Source: Cenococcum geophilum (Eukaryota). Taken from it: 64,000 bases of DNA. The position numbers and the translations under genes are program-made. The DNA is taken from contig CP158636.1 of the NCBI GenBank assembly GCA_050273025.1, forward strand, positions 9,362,001 to 9,426,000. The letters are read 5' to 3'. This document shows, in pieces, positions 62,458 to 64,000 of the stretch. Under the pieces are notes generated by a model. It searched no databases, had not been told where the DNA came from, and was given only the letters and a program-made list of their open reading frames with translations. Numbering within the stretch: position 1 is the first letter of the stretch; every line of letters starts with the position of its first letter.

Positions 62458-64000
62458 TTTTTTTTTTTTTTTTTATCCGTTGTATTATACTACGTACAAT
62501 ACTGCGCATGCAGCCTCTAGGCTATGGCGCTATAGTTCTATATACATAAATCCTTTCTAGGCAGCTTAATATGTACTAGTAGCTATGTCCTAGTAGTTTA
62601 TAAACCCCTAAATTAGGAGTTTATAGTTTCCTAGTAAAAATACTAAGATACTACAACTACTAGGGAATGAGAAAATGGTAAGAAAAACTGTAAGAAATCT
62701 TAACCCCTATCCCTGTCCTTTTGCAATTTATTTCTATCCTTTTGCTCTCTACTATCTTTTAACCTAAAAGCCTAGTAGGAGTTACCTCCTTCTAGACTCT
62801 TATTAATTTTATTCTTTCATAGAATCCTCTACGCTAGTACTATATACTAGTTTAGCTGCTCTAAGATTCTTACAGTCTCTGCTATTAGCAAAGTGTTTTT
62901 CTTTACAATTAATGTAAAGAGGGGTAGTATGCTTGCAAGGCCTGCCGCTTATTAAGCAGGTAGGATAGTAATGGTCTTTAGATAGATGTGCAGCCGCATA
63001 ATATCTACAAGCCCTAGTAGAGCATCTGTCTCCTATATGGCCAAATTTTTGGCAGCTATTACACTGCGTAGTAGGAGAGACTTTGAGGTATTTTACTACC
63101 TTAGTAGCTGTACCTGCAATTGATATCTCTTTTTGCTTAAGGATTTCTTGTCTTTTTTCTTTATTCTCTATAGTAAAAACTATAGAGCCAAATCTGGTCT
63201 ATAGATTGTGTCTTTTTACACTAAATAAGATCCATCTAAGTAGTCCTTGTATCCTTATAGGATTAAAAGTCTCAATTTCTTCCTTTAGAAGCTTAGAGCC
63301 TCCTTCTCCTAAGAAAGGTAGGGTAGGAACCCTATAGGCTATAATTTAAACCCATGGTTCTAGTTTTTGTTCTCTTTAAAAGGTAAAGTAGTTATGCCAG
63401 ATTTCCTTATATTTGACTAGGAAATCTGCATTATACTCTTCCGTAGTCGTAAGGAGAATATTTTATTTTTCTTTAGTTCTAGCTATAGATGCTAAAACCG
63501 GTTTTTCTACTTGCAGTTTTAATGCAAATAGTTAATTAACTTTGTTTCGTATAGAGAAGGTATTTAAAGGTTGGTCCTTTTGGTCTATAATTAGGACTAG
63601 CTTTCTTTCTTATAGCTGCTTTTTCTTACTTCTAGTAGAAGTAGAAGGAGTAGGAAATGGTAGTGATGAGGAGGGTAGAGAGGACGAAGTAGGGAGGTCC
63701 TTTTTAGCCTCTCTGCGTAGGTTTCTTTAGTAGGGGCTACCTCCTTACGGAGAGCTCTTACTTCTTCAACTAGTCCTTTTAGGACATCTTTTGTCTTTTC
63801 TTTTCCTTTTATAAAGGGGTTTTCTCCTGCTAGGATACTACGTGTATAGTCCTCTAGCTGTTTAACTTATTCCTTTTTGTCTTCTTCTTCTTCTTCTTCT
63901 AGCCCTTTATAGGCCTGGATTAGGCTATCTAAAGCCTTTTATAGGTGTTGTTCTGGAGAAAGGGGAGAGAAAGATATACTAGGTATACCAGCCGTAAAAG
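62458..64000 (-). mobile_element. Non-LTR (LINE-like) element with poly(A) tail; ORF1 only in view; 5' end beyond the window
   Basis: T17 at 62458-62474 on the + strand. ORF1 ends ~62809 after three knuckles: QCNSCQKFGH..C, CRYCAAAH....H.C..C, CINCKEKHFANSRDC. Confidence 0.85.

Noticed and set aside
11171..63730. Remaining short ORF-track calls (11171, 16926, 21043, 31400, 31764, 32848, 49711, 52269, 63083, 63542)
   Set aside because: All fall inside identified TEs, antisense or out of frame to the TE ORFs; 49711-49944 overlaps the Gypsy-2 gag/pol junction. None supports an independent gene.

Overview
This 64 kb window is a gene-free, AT-rich block of nested transposable elements from a filamentous ascomycete. 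It is heavily altered by repeat-induced point mutation (RIP): TpA is in excess, CpA/TpG is scarce, and paralogous copies differ almost only by C>T/G>A changes. No intact protein-coding gene is supported, and the supplied ORF track is almost entirely repeat or antisense artefact. Reading codons back through RIP gives the following. (1) A Copia LTR+gag remnant, then a triplicated ~256-bp exon/intron-like unit (79-1680). (2) A mirror-symmetric element built from 12-15-bp arrays (~2.6-10.7 kb), carrying a head-to-tail dimer of a CryptonF tyrosine-recombinase transposon (3585-9412). (3) A full-length Tad-like LINE (10682-21849) containing a GalEa Copia element. (4) An old Tc1-like element with 76-bp TIRs (22004/60892), ~2.9 kb natively and inflated to ~39 kb. 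It now holds two more full GalEa Copia elements, a deleted GalEa derivative, a second CryptonF family, two chromoviral Ty3/Gypsy elements, a Fot1/pogo transposon and six solo-type LTRs; nearly all insertions have readable TSDs. (5) A Copia 5' end interrupted by an ORF1-only LINE-like element. The most interesting points are the Crypton dimer and the end motif shared by both Crypton families, an antisense Zn2Cys6-spaced ORF in a Gypsy 3' region, a possible cargo gene in the Tc1-like element, and the ORF1-only LINE. All protein sequences quoted are manual RIP back-corrected readings, not database matches.
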